A program made the translations under genes and the position numbers. Shown in pieces: positions 56,480 to 64,000 of a stretch of 64,000 bases of DNA. Source of the stretch: an uncultured Alphaproteobacteria bacterium. GTDB lineage: Bacteria; Pseudomonadota; Alphaproteobacteria; HIMB59; GCA-002718135. Position 1 is the first letter of the stretch, and every line of letters begins with the position of its first letter. The DNA is taken from the NCBI GenBank assembly GCA_902602695.1, contig CACKRO010000001.1, forward strand, positions 96,833 to 160,832, read 5' to 3'. The notes below the pieces were generated by a model. It had not been told where the DNA came from. It did no database searches and saw only the letters and a program-made list of their open reading frames with translations.

Positions 56480-57487
56480 ATGATTAATTTTGCCCTAATG
56501 GGAACAGGAAGAATTGGGAAATTACATGCATCAATTATAAATGATCATCCCGAAGCGAATCTTAAATACGTTTATGATATTGATACAAGCTCTGCTAAAA
56601 AAATTGCAAAAAAATATAGTTGTGAAGTTGCAAAAACAGCAAAGGAAGCAATTTCTTCAGATCAAATTAATGCTATTTTAATTGCATCTGCTACCCCGAC
56701 TCATACAGATTATATTGCTCTAGGAGCTGAATGTAATAAAGCTATATTATGCGAAAAGCCAATTGATTTAGATATAAATAAAGTAAATAAATGTTGGCAA
56801 AAAATTAAGAAATATAAACCAACTATTCAAATTGGTTTTAATCGAAGATTTGATCCTAATCATAATAAAGTTCAAAGTGAGGTTCTATCTGGAAAGATTG
56901 GGAAAATTGAAATGATTGTAATCACAAGTAGGGATCCTTCTCCACCTGGTATTGATTATTTAAAACAGTCAGGAGGAATTTTTAGAGATTGTTCAATTCA
57001 TGATTTTGATTTAGCACGATTTATTCTTAATAATGATCCAATTGTAGAAGTTTTTGCACAAGGTTCTGTAAATGTCTCAAATGATTTTAAGATTACAAAT
57101 GATTATGATACAACTATGTGTTTTATGAAATCTAAAAAAGGGGTTTTAGTTCATATAAATAATTCAAGAAGAGCTGTATATGGTTATGATCAAAGACTCG
57201 AAGTATTTGGAAGTAATGGTATGTTAATTTCTGATAATGTTCCTAATAATGATATCAATTACTATAATCAAAATTTATCTTTTGCAAAAAAACCAATTAA
57301 AAATTTTTTTATCGAAAGATACAAAGATGCTTATCAAATACAATTAGATCAATTTATTAAATCAATAAAAAATAAAAAAAATACATCAGTCACTTTTAAG
57401 GATGGAAAGAATGCTTTAATTCTTGCTAATTCAGCTACTAAATCAGTAGTATCAAATAAAGTTGTAAAACCAAAATTTCAGTTATAG
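56480..57487 (+). CDS. Gfo/Idh/MocA oxidoreductase, inositol 2-dehydrogenase-like
   Basis: 335 aa. ALMGTGRIGKLHA, CEKPI, GFNRRFDP and GGIFRDCSIHDFD motifs are shared with IolG/IdhA-type enzymes. Confidence 0.7.
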   Translation: MINFALMGTGRIGKLHASIINDHPEANLKYVYDIDTSSAKKIAKKYSCEVAKTAKEAISSDQINAILIASATPTHTDYIALGAECNKAILCEKPIDLDINKVNKCWQKIKKYKPTIQIGFNRRFDPNHNKVQSEVLSGKIGKIEMIVITSRDPSPPGIDYLKQSGGIFRDCSIHDFDLARFILNNDPIVEVFAQGSVNVSNDFKITNDYDTTMCFMKSKKGVLVHINNSRRAVYGYDQRLEVFGSNGMLISDNVPNNDINYYNQNLSFAKKPIKNFFIERYKDAYQIQLDQFIKSIKNKKNTSVTFKDGKNALILANSATKSVVSNKVVKPKFQL

Positions 57488-57496
57488 ATAAAATTT

Positions 57497-58327
57497 ATGA
57501 ATGAACAATTTAAAGATAAGGTCATTGTAGTTACAGGAAGTACACAGGGTAGTGGTGCTGAAACAGCGAGATTATTAGCTAGCAGAGGTGCTAAAGCAAT
57601 TACAATTTGCGGTAGACAAGAAAATAAAGGTCTTGAAGTTAAAAATCAGATTGAAAAATTAGGCACTGAGTGTTTGTATATAAAAGCAGACCTTAAAAAT
57701 GTTGATGATTGCAAAAAAATTGTTTCGGAGACTGATAAAAAATTTGGAACCATAAATTCTTTAATTAATGTTGCCGGATATACAGAAAGAGGAACAATTC
57801 TAAGTGCTACTCTAGAAAATTATGAAAATAATTACAATATTAATACCCGTGCACCTTTCATATTAATGCAAGAGACAATTAAGATAATGATTAGAGATAA
57901 GAACAAAGGAACAATTGCAAATGTATTATCTATGGCAATGTATAGTGGTATGCCATTTATTGTTGCTTATAGTGGGTCAAAAGCTGCTTTAGCTACAATG
58001 ACAAAAAATATTGCAAATTCTGTTGCCAGTTATCAAATAAGAGTAAATGCCTTAAATATTGGATGGACAGATACTCCTGCAGAACATGATATACAGACTA
58101 GGGTTCATAAAAAAAATGAAAACTGGTTAAAAGATGAAGAAAGCAAAGTTCCTTTTAAAAAATTAATTAAACCAATTGATGTTGCAAAAGGATTAGCTTT
58201 TATGTGTTCAGATGAATCTGGAATAATGACAGGAAGCGTAATTGATTTTGATCAAACGGTACATGGATGGCATTCTTATTCAGCATATGAAACAAGGGTT
58301 TTAGATGACTCTTTATTGGGGGAATAA
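57497..58327 (+). CDS. SDR-family oxidoreductase
   Basis: 276 aa. VTGSTQGSG cofactor motif and Y..SK catalytic pair (YSGSKAA). Confidence 0.8.
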   Translation: MNEQFKDKVIVVTGSTQGSGAETARLLASRGAKAITICGRQENKGLEVKNQIEKLGTECLYIKADLKNVDDCKKIVSETDKKFGTINSLINVAGYTERGTILSATLENYENNYNINTRAPFILMQETIKIMIRDKNKGTIANVLSMAMYSGMPFIVAYSGSKAALATMTKNIANSVASYQIRVNALNIGWTDTPAEHDIQTRVHKKNENWLKDEESKVPFKKLIKPIDVAKGLAFMCSDESGIMTGSVIDFDQTVHGWHSYSAYETRVLDDSLLGE

Positions 58328-58416
58328 ATTTATAATCTATTTCTCAACTATTTTCTTATTTTTCATCAAACTTTATAATTTACACAAATTTAATTATTAA
58401 TTAAAAAAAACTAATA

Positions 58417-59493
58417 ATGGGAAAAAAGGTAATTAATATTAAAGAAGGAAAATTATCAGAATTTAAACTTCATAGTATTTGGTTACGTGAAAGAATAAAT
58501 GGAGCTGAATTTCTAGATCAAAATAATCTGCAACGTTTATATGAACCAAGTCTTTTAGAAGATAATTTATTAATTAATGCTCATAGTATAAATAAAAATA
58601 TATTAAATGTTGAATTCAGTGATGGAACAAAAGGATCATTCAATATTGATGATCTATATAATGAAATCAAAAACATTGATGTCTTACCTCAAAAAAAAAT
58701 ATGGGATATAAAAAAAGATAATCTAAAAATTTTTGATAATAATCAAATATTTGAGAATGATAGTGAACTTACAAGAATGCTTGAGGTATTTTATCAATAT
58801 GGTTACGTCATAATTAAAAATACAAAACCAGAAGAAAACGAAGTTGTTAATTTTGCAGAAAAATTAGGTCCAGTAAGATCAACAAATTTTGGTAAATTAT
58901 TTAATGTAGTGTCTAAACCAAATCCAAATGATCTTGCTTATACTGCATTAGAATTAACATCACATTCAGATAATCCATATCGAAGACCTGTACCTGGTAT
59001 TCAATTACTTCATTGTATTTCAAATGAATCTATGGGAGGTGATTCAAGTTTAATAGATGGTTTTAGTGTCTCAAATTATCTAAAACAAAATGAAATAGAA
59101 TTCTACAAAGTATTAACTGAAACGAATATTACTTTTAAATTCACCGATGTTGATACAATCTTAGTTGATAAAGCAAAATTAATTGAGTTAGATCATAATA
59201 ACAACTTTAGACAAATTCGTTTTAGTGGAAGACTTGATTATGCCCCATTGTTAGATGAAAAAAAACTTGATCTTTTTTATAGTGCTAGAAAATATATGTT
59301 TAAACTTTGTAATTCTGATACTTTTAAAATCAAGTTTAGATTATCAAAAGGGATGATTGCGATGTTTGATAACTTGAGACTGTTACATGGAAGAACTAAA
59401 TTTGATCCAAATACTGGTTTTAGACATTTACAAGGGTGTTATATTGATCATGATGTAACTGAGGGTAAGCTTAGAAGGTTATTAAAGTCTTAA
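58417..59493 (+). CDS. Fe(II)/2-oxoglutarate dioxygenase, gamma-butyrobetaine hydroxylase-like (DUF971 + TauD fold)
   Basis: 358 aa. DUF971-like N-domain (LHSIWLRER...VEFSDG) and a TauD/BBOX C-domain with HSD facial-triad residues (LTSHSDNPY) and a distal LLHGRT. Confidence 0.72.
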   Translation: MGKKVINIKEGKLSEFKLHSIWLRERINGAEFLDQNNLQRLYEPSLLEDNLLINAHSINKNILNVEFSDGTKGSFNIDDLYNEIKNIDVLPQKKIWDIKKDNLKIFDNNQIFENDSELTRMLEVFYQYGYVIIKNTKPEENEVVNFAEKLGPVRSTNFGKLFNVVSKPNPNDLAYTALELTSHSDNPYRRPVPGIQLLHCISNESMGGDSSLIDGFSVSNYLKQNEIEFYKVLTETNITFKFTDVDTILVDKAKLIELDHNNNFRQIRFSGRLDYAPLLDEKKLDLFYSARKYMFKLCNSDTFKIKFRLSKGMIAMFDNLRLLHGRTKFDPNTGFRHLQGCYIDHDVTEGKLRRLLKS

Positions 59494-60557
59494 TTGACTT
59501 CGAATATCTTTTCAGCTGGATAAAAATTTAATATTTTATTGTACCAATTCATAAAATTATTTCTTTCAATTAATGAAACTGTAAAACCACCAAACCCACC
59601 ACCAGTCAACCTAGCACCTAGAGCACCACATTCAACAGATCTCCGAATAATTAAATCAACATCTAAAGTAGATGCCTCAAAATCTTTAGAATATGATTCG
59701 TGACTCTCATTCATTAATTTTCCAAAATCATAAATGTTATTTTCTATTAAATTTTTTTTCGCATTAATCACTCTGTCATTTTCAAAAACTACATGCTTCG
59801 CTCTTTTTGCTATAGTTTTATTATCAAATTTATCCGTCTGAAAATTTTCTTTTTTAACACTACCCAAATATTCTATCCCAAGTTTTTTTTCAGCTTCTTG
59901 GAGTTCAGCAAATCTATCATTATAAGAACTATCTCTTAAATTTCGCTGTACTTCAGAGTCAACCAAACAAAATTTCCAATTTTCTGGAAAATCAATAAGT
60001 TCGTATTCTAAATTCTTACAATTCATAAAAAATGCTTTGCCATGAATACCAATAGATGAAACCATTTGATCCATTATTCCACCAGAAACACCTATATAAT
60101 TAAATTCTACTTTTTTAGCTAATTTTGCAATTTCTGGATCTTTAATCTTTGTTTCAAAAAAAGTATTAAGTGCTTTTAGTGTGGCAACACACAATGCTGA
60201 AGACGATGAAATACCTCTTTCTAAAGGTATATCAGATGAAATATAAATATTTAAATATCTGGATGAAATTTTATTTTCTTCAAAAAAAATATGCAAACAA
60301 CCTTTTATATAATCAACCCACTCATTATTGGTTGATTTTTTGAAATCATTGAATTCTTTTTTTTCTTTAAAATATTGAGAATAAACTATGAATTCATTGG
60401 TGTTATTTTCAGTTATCTCTATTGTATTTTTAAAAGACAAAAGTGTAGGCATTACATATCCACCAGTATAATCGGTATGTTCACCAATTAAATTTACTCT
60501 AGCATGAGCACTTTCCTTTACTTCTGCTTCTATATTAAATATACTTTTAAAATTCAT
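59490..60557 (-). CDS. galK: galactokinase (GHMP kinase)
   Basis: 355 aa. Galactokinase signature RVNLIGEHTDYTGG and GHMP motif PLERGISSSSAL. Confidence 0.85.
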   Translation of the reverse strand: MNFKSIFNIEAEVKESAHARVNLIGEHTDYTGGYVMPTLLSFKNTIEITENNTNEFIVYSQYFKEKKEFNDFKKSTNNEWVDYIKGCLHIFFEENKISSRYLNIYISSDIPLERGISSSSALCVATLKALNTFFETKIKDPEIAKLAKKVEFNYIGVSGGIMDQMVSSIGIHGKAFFMNCKNLEYELIDFPENWKFCLVDSEVQRNLRDSSYNDRFAELQEAEKKLGIEYLGSVKKENFQTDKFDNKTIAKRAKHVVFENDRVINAKKNLIENNIYDFGKLMNESHESYSKDFEASTLDVDLIIRRSVECGALGARLTGGGFGGFTVSLIERNNFMNWYNKILNFYPAEKIFEVN

Positions 60558-60570
60558 ATAATTATTAGTA

Positions 60571-62433
60571 ATGACCCCTCAAGTTAATATATCTTTTACA
60601 AAAGAAAATAAATTAAAAATTATTCTTGATGATAAATTAATAGTTTCAAATTTTAAATTATGTTTTTCATTAGTTTATTCAATAAAATCTATAACAGGAG
60701 CCCATATAACTAAACAAATTGGACGTTATTATGAGTTAACCTTAGAAAAAAATACAATTTTATTAGATTTACAAATTCCAAGAATTGGTAATTTCAACCT
60801 TTCGTCTGGCCCTGAAGGTATTTTCATTATTGATCAATTAAACAATAGTAAATTAAATATAAATGTTTCAGATTTGATATTTGAAAAACCAATTAAAAAG
60901 AAAATTTATGAAGATTTAGAAACAAAAAAATTTATACCTATTATTCCTGAGCCAGATAAAGTTCATTTACAAAATGAATTTATAGTAATTGAAAATAAAA
61001 CATTTAATCTCAATATGGAAACTGAAATTATTTCTAATTTGCAAAATATTATTTCAAAATTGGATATTAATTTAACTTCAGAAAAAGGATTCCCAATTAT
61101 CTTTCAAAATGATAATCAGTTATTAGAAGATCAATATTCTATTCAAATAACAAAAGATAATATTGAGATTAAATACAATAATTATGGTGGAAAGCTTTAT
61201 GGTCTTATATCTTTAGTTCATTTAATTGATTTCTATCAAACAAAGCTTCCAATTTGCACAATACAAGATAATCCAAAATATCAATGGAGAGGAATGCATC
61301 TCGATTGTGCAAGACAATTTTATACTATGGATGAAATTAAACGTTTGTTTGATTATATGGTATTATTTAAGCTAAATAGATTTCACTGGCATTTAACAGA
61401 TAACGAAGCGTGGAGAATTGAGATTAAAAAATACCCAGATCTGGCATTAAATGGAGGTTACAGAGGTTATAATTTTAAAATACCACCATTGTATGGAAGT
61501 GGTTATGATAAATATGGTGGTTATTATTCTCAGGAAGATATCAAAGAATTAATTATTTATGCAAAAAAACTAAATATTGAAATTATGCCTGAAATTGATT
61601 TGCCAGCACATTCTTGGGCATTACTAGAAGTTATGCCAGAACTTAGAGAGCAATCTTCAAATATAGTTAGTGAGGACGTTGGATCATATAGGAATAATAC
61701 TATTAATCCTTCCTTAGAAAAAACTATAACTTTTTTAAAAGATATGTTGAGTGAAGTAAGTTCAGTTTTTTCATATAATATAATTCATGTTGGTGTAGAT
61801 GAAAGACCAAGTAATGCTTGGGAAGGCTCTCCAGCAATTATCGATTTTATGAAAAAAAATAATATTAAATCTCAAGAAGAATATCAAGATTACTATATGA
61901 ATTTTTTAATAGATTTTCTAAAATCACAAAATAAAAGAACTGCCGCTTGGAATGAGGCGGCAGTGTCACCTCATATTAATCATGGCGTCGGTGGTAGTGC
62001 TGGAAAAATTGATAAATCATGCTTAATCTTTTCATGGGAACACTCAGATGTTGCGAAAGAAACAACAAATAAGGGATTTGAAACAATACTTTGTCCTGGT
62101 CAAAAAACATATTTTGATATGGCTTATAATAATTCAACTGAAGAAAGAGGTATTTGTTGGGCTGCTACAATAGAAGTAAAAGATATTTATGATTGGGACC
62201 CAGTGAAAGATATAAAAAAATCAGAATTAATAAAAGGCTTACAAGGTCAATTGTGGTCAGAGACAATTACAGAAAAAAAATTTTTTGATCAAATGATTAA
62301 TCCAAGATTAGCAACTTTATCAGAAGTTGCATGGAAAGGAAAAATTTCTAGAAAGTGGATAGAATTTCGTTCAGCCCTTCTAAATTCTATGAATTTTATA
62401 AAAAAATTAGGCTGGCGATATCACAATTTTTAA
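60571..62433 (+). CDS. GH20 beta-N-acetylhexosaminidase, no signal peptide
   Basis: 620 aa. RGMHLDCARQF, NRFHWHLTDNEAWRIE and catalytic HVGVDE motifs. The N-terminus MTPQVNISFTKENK is not signal-like. Confidence 0.85.
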   Translation: MTPQVNISFTKENKLKIILDDKLIVSNFKLCFSLVYSIKSITGAHITKQIGRYYELTLEKNTILLDLQIPRIGNFNLSSGPEGIFIIDQLNNSKLNINVSDLIFEKPIKKKIYEDLETKKFIPIIPEPDKVHLQNEFIVIENKTFNLNMETEIISNLQNIISKLDINLTSEKGFPIIFQNDNQLLEDQYSIQITKDNIEIKYNNYGGKLYGLISLVHLIDFYQTKLPICTIQDNPKYQWRGMHLDCARQFYTMDEIKRLFDYMVLFKLNRFHWHLTDNEAWRIEIKKYPDLALNGGYRGYNFKIPPLYGSGYDKYGGYYSQEDIKELIIYAKKLNIEIMPEIDLPAHSWALLEVMPELREQSSNIVSEDVGSYRNNTINPSLEKTITFLKDMLSEVSSVFSYNIIHVGVDERPSNAWEGSPAIIDFMKKNNIKSQEEYQDYYMNFLIDFLKSQNKRTAAWNEAAVSPHINHGVGGSAGKIDKSCLIFSWEHSDVAKETTNKGFETILCPGQKTYFDMAYNNSTEERGICWAATIEVKDIYDWDPVKDIKKSELIKGLQGQLWSETITEKKFFDQMINPRLATLSEVAWKGKISRKWIEFRSALLNSMNFIKKLGWRYHNF

Positions 62434-62452
62434 TGTTAAAGATAAAATATTT

Positions 62453-63598
62453 ATGAAAATAGGCGCAGTAGGTTTTGGGAGTAGGATAGCGGGTGTTTAT
62501 AATGAGTTTTCTAAAATTAATCCAAATTTTGAAATGGTTGCTTATGTAGATCCACAGCCAATAGGTAAAGACTTTGCCGAGAAACATAACTTCTTCCCAA
62601 AAAAAACTTATTCAAGTTTAAGCGAAATGTTAGATCAAGAGAAATTAGATATGCTAATGATTGGATCTCCAAATCACTTACATTTAGATCATATTAAACT
62701 TGGATTAAAAGCTGGTTTGCAAATATTTGCTGAAAAACCTATAGTAATAAGTGAACAACAAACATTTGAGTTAGCAAATCTAATTAAAGTATATGGCAAA
62801 GAAAGAATTATTGTTGGTTTAGTTCTAAGATATTCGCAGCAAGCAAGATCTGTTAGAAAATTATTAAATCAAAAAGCTATAGGAAACATAATATCGATTG
62901 AAGCTTCAGAACATATAGTACCTTCGCACGGTGCTTTTTTTATGAGAAATTGGAGAAGAAAGCAAAAATACTCAGGAGGTTTTATGCTTGAAAAATGCTG
63001 CCATGATATTGATTTTTATTCAATGATTACAGGAAGCAGACCTATTAAAGTTGCTAGTTTTGGCTCAAGAAGATCTTTTATTCCCGATAATCTCCCGACA
63101 GGTTCTCAAGAACAATATACAAAAGATAGACTAAAAGGTTGGGAGTCAAAATCAAATGTTTTTGATAGTGATGCTGATATTGTTGATCACCAAGTGGCAA
63201 TAATAGAATATGAAAATAAAGCAGTATTATCTTTTCATACAAATATGAAAGTTCCAGACGAATTTAGAAGATTTGCAGTCATAGGATCTGCAGGAATGAT
63301 CGAGGGAGATTTTGTTAGAGGATTTATGAAAGCTCATGATGAAAATAATAATGTCCTTATTGACGAAGATTATGGAGCAGCTTTTGGAAAAGAAATAAAG
63401 GGTCACTACGGTGCTGACAGCTTGATGGCAAAAGATATTAACAATTATTTAATAAAAAATAATGAAGAGCTTCCTGTTGGAGTAATAGAATGTATGGAGG
63501 CGGGAATTGTAGCAATGAAAATTGATGAGGCTAGAAATACTGGCAAAGTAATTGACTTAACAAGCACTTGGGATAAATTCGACTCTTTATTAAACTAA
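62453..63598 (+). CDS. Gfo/Idh/MocA-family oxidoreductase
   Basis: 381 aa. MKIGAVGFGSR Rossmann start and the AEKPI motif. Confidence 0.8.
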   Translation: MKIGAVGFGSRIAGVYNEFSKINPNFEMVAYVDPQPIGKDFAEKHNFFPKKTYSSLSEMLDQEKLDMLMIGSPNHLHLDHIKLGLKAGLQIFAEKPIVISEQQTFELANLIKVYGKERIIVGLVLRYSQQARSVRKLLNQKAIGNIISIEASEHIVPSHGAFFMRNWRRKQKYSGGFMLEKCCHDIDFYSMITGSRPIKVASFGSRRSFIPDNLPTGSQEQYTKDRLKGWESKSNVFDSDADIVDHQVAIIEYENKAVLSFHTNMKVPDEFRRFAVIGSAGMIEGDFVRGFMKAHDENNNVLIDEDYGAAFGKEIKGHYGADSLMAKDINNYLIKNNEELPVGVIECMEAGIVAMKIDEARNTGKVIDLTSTWDKFDSLLN

Positions 63599-63601
63599 CA
63601 C

Positions 63602-64000
63602 ATGAAGCAAAAATTAAAATCATATAATTCTCAGACTTATTTAGCATATGCTTTAATTGCTCCAGCCGCACTTTATATTGTTCTTATTGTTGCATGGCCA
63701 TTATTGGAAACAATCAGACTATCTTTCACAAATTCTAGTTTAGCTGGAGAAGATTATGTTGGTTTTGAAAATTATCAAAAAATGCTTTCGAGTAAAAAAT
63801 TTAATGGAATTGTAACCAGAACTTTTGTTTGGATGTTTTTTTCCGTGTCTTTAAAACTCATTATTGGTTTAATTGGTGCTGTCTTACTAAATGCTAATCT
63901 AAAAGGAAGATCAATATTTAGAGTACTAGTTATGCCTCCTTGGGTAGTGCCAATTGCAATTGGAATGCTAGGTTGGTTATGGTTATATAATGGATATTTT
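63602..64000 (+). CDS. CUT1-type sugar ABC transporter permease (MalF/UgpA-like), 3' end outside window
   Basis: ATG at 63602. YLAYALIAPAALYIVLIVAWPLLETIRLSFTN is the typical N-terminal TM of CUT1 permeases. The frame stays open to the window edge. Confidence 0.8.
   Translation, partial: MKQKLKSYNSQTYLAYALIAPAALYIVLIVAWPLLETIRLSFTNSSLAGEDYVGFENYQKMLSSKKFNGIVTRTFVWMFFSVSLKLIIGLIGAVLLNANLKGRSIFRVLVMPPWVVPIAIGMLGWLWLYNGYF

Noticed and set aside
1-64000. Searched for CRISPR repeats, IS elements/transposases, integrases, phage genes, toxin-antitoxin or defence modules, and rRNA
   Set aside because: I found no regularly spaced direct repeats, terminal inverted repeats flanking an ORF, recombinase motifs or rRNA-like GC-rich blocks. 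Every ORF over about 90 aa is accounted for by metabolic or housekeeping functions, apart from the orphan pair at 33316-35666.

Overview
Very AT-rich sequence (roughly 70% A+T by eye) that is almost entirely coding. Spacers are typically 0-20 nt and many genes share 1-4 nt start/stop overlaps. It looks like a chromosome segment of a streamlined marine alphaproteobacterium of the SAR11/Pelagibacterales type. That assignment is inferred from composition, packing and gene content and cannot be verified here.

Layout:
- 1-10.7 kb: distal S10, spc and alpha ribosomal-protein operons (rplB to rplQ, with secY, adk, rpoA). rpsC is broken by a frameshift in an A7 run, and no rpmD lies between rpsE and rplO.
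- 10.7-19.4 kb: housekeeping genes (crcB, RluA-family pseudouridine synthase, lipB, tRNA-Leu(GAG), mgtE, gshA-gshB, bioY, ROK sugar kinase, gabD).
- 19.4-33.3 kb: a same-strand catabolic island. It holds an amidinotransferase, EutA/EutB/EutC-like genes, an unusual fold-type-II PLP enzyme, an M20 amidohydrolase, an M24 hydrolase, sarcosine oxidase soxBDAG and a second M24 (DoeA/creatinase-like) hydrolase.
- 33.3-37.6 kb: an uncharacterised, translationally coupled two-gene unit on the minus strand, then a divergent M19-like protein with an atypical metal site and a DMT/EamA transporter.
- 37.6-43.4 kb: a PotADBC-like ABC importer plus an FAD amine/amino-acid oxidoreductase.
- 43.5-53.0 kb: an LLM monooxygenase / PF06684-like / alpha-beta hydrolase / ALDH cassette, a convergent ALDH, and a GS-like / ALDH / Fe-ADH triad.
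- 53.0-64.0 kb: oxidative sugar genes (UxaA-type dehydratase, SDRs, three Gfo/Idh/MocA enzymes), a gamma-butyrobetaine-hydroxylase-like dioxygenase, galactokinase, a cytoplasmic GH20 hexosaminidase and the start of a CUT1 sugar ABC permease.

I saw no rRNA, CRISPR array, transposase, integrase, phage gene or recognisable defence gene.

The most novel-looking parts are the orphan pair at 33316-35666 with its M19-like neighbour, the LLM/PF06684 cassette, the GS-like triad and the eut-like/amidinotransferase operon. All functional calls rest on motif recognition by eye; no database search was possible.
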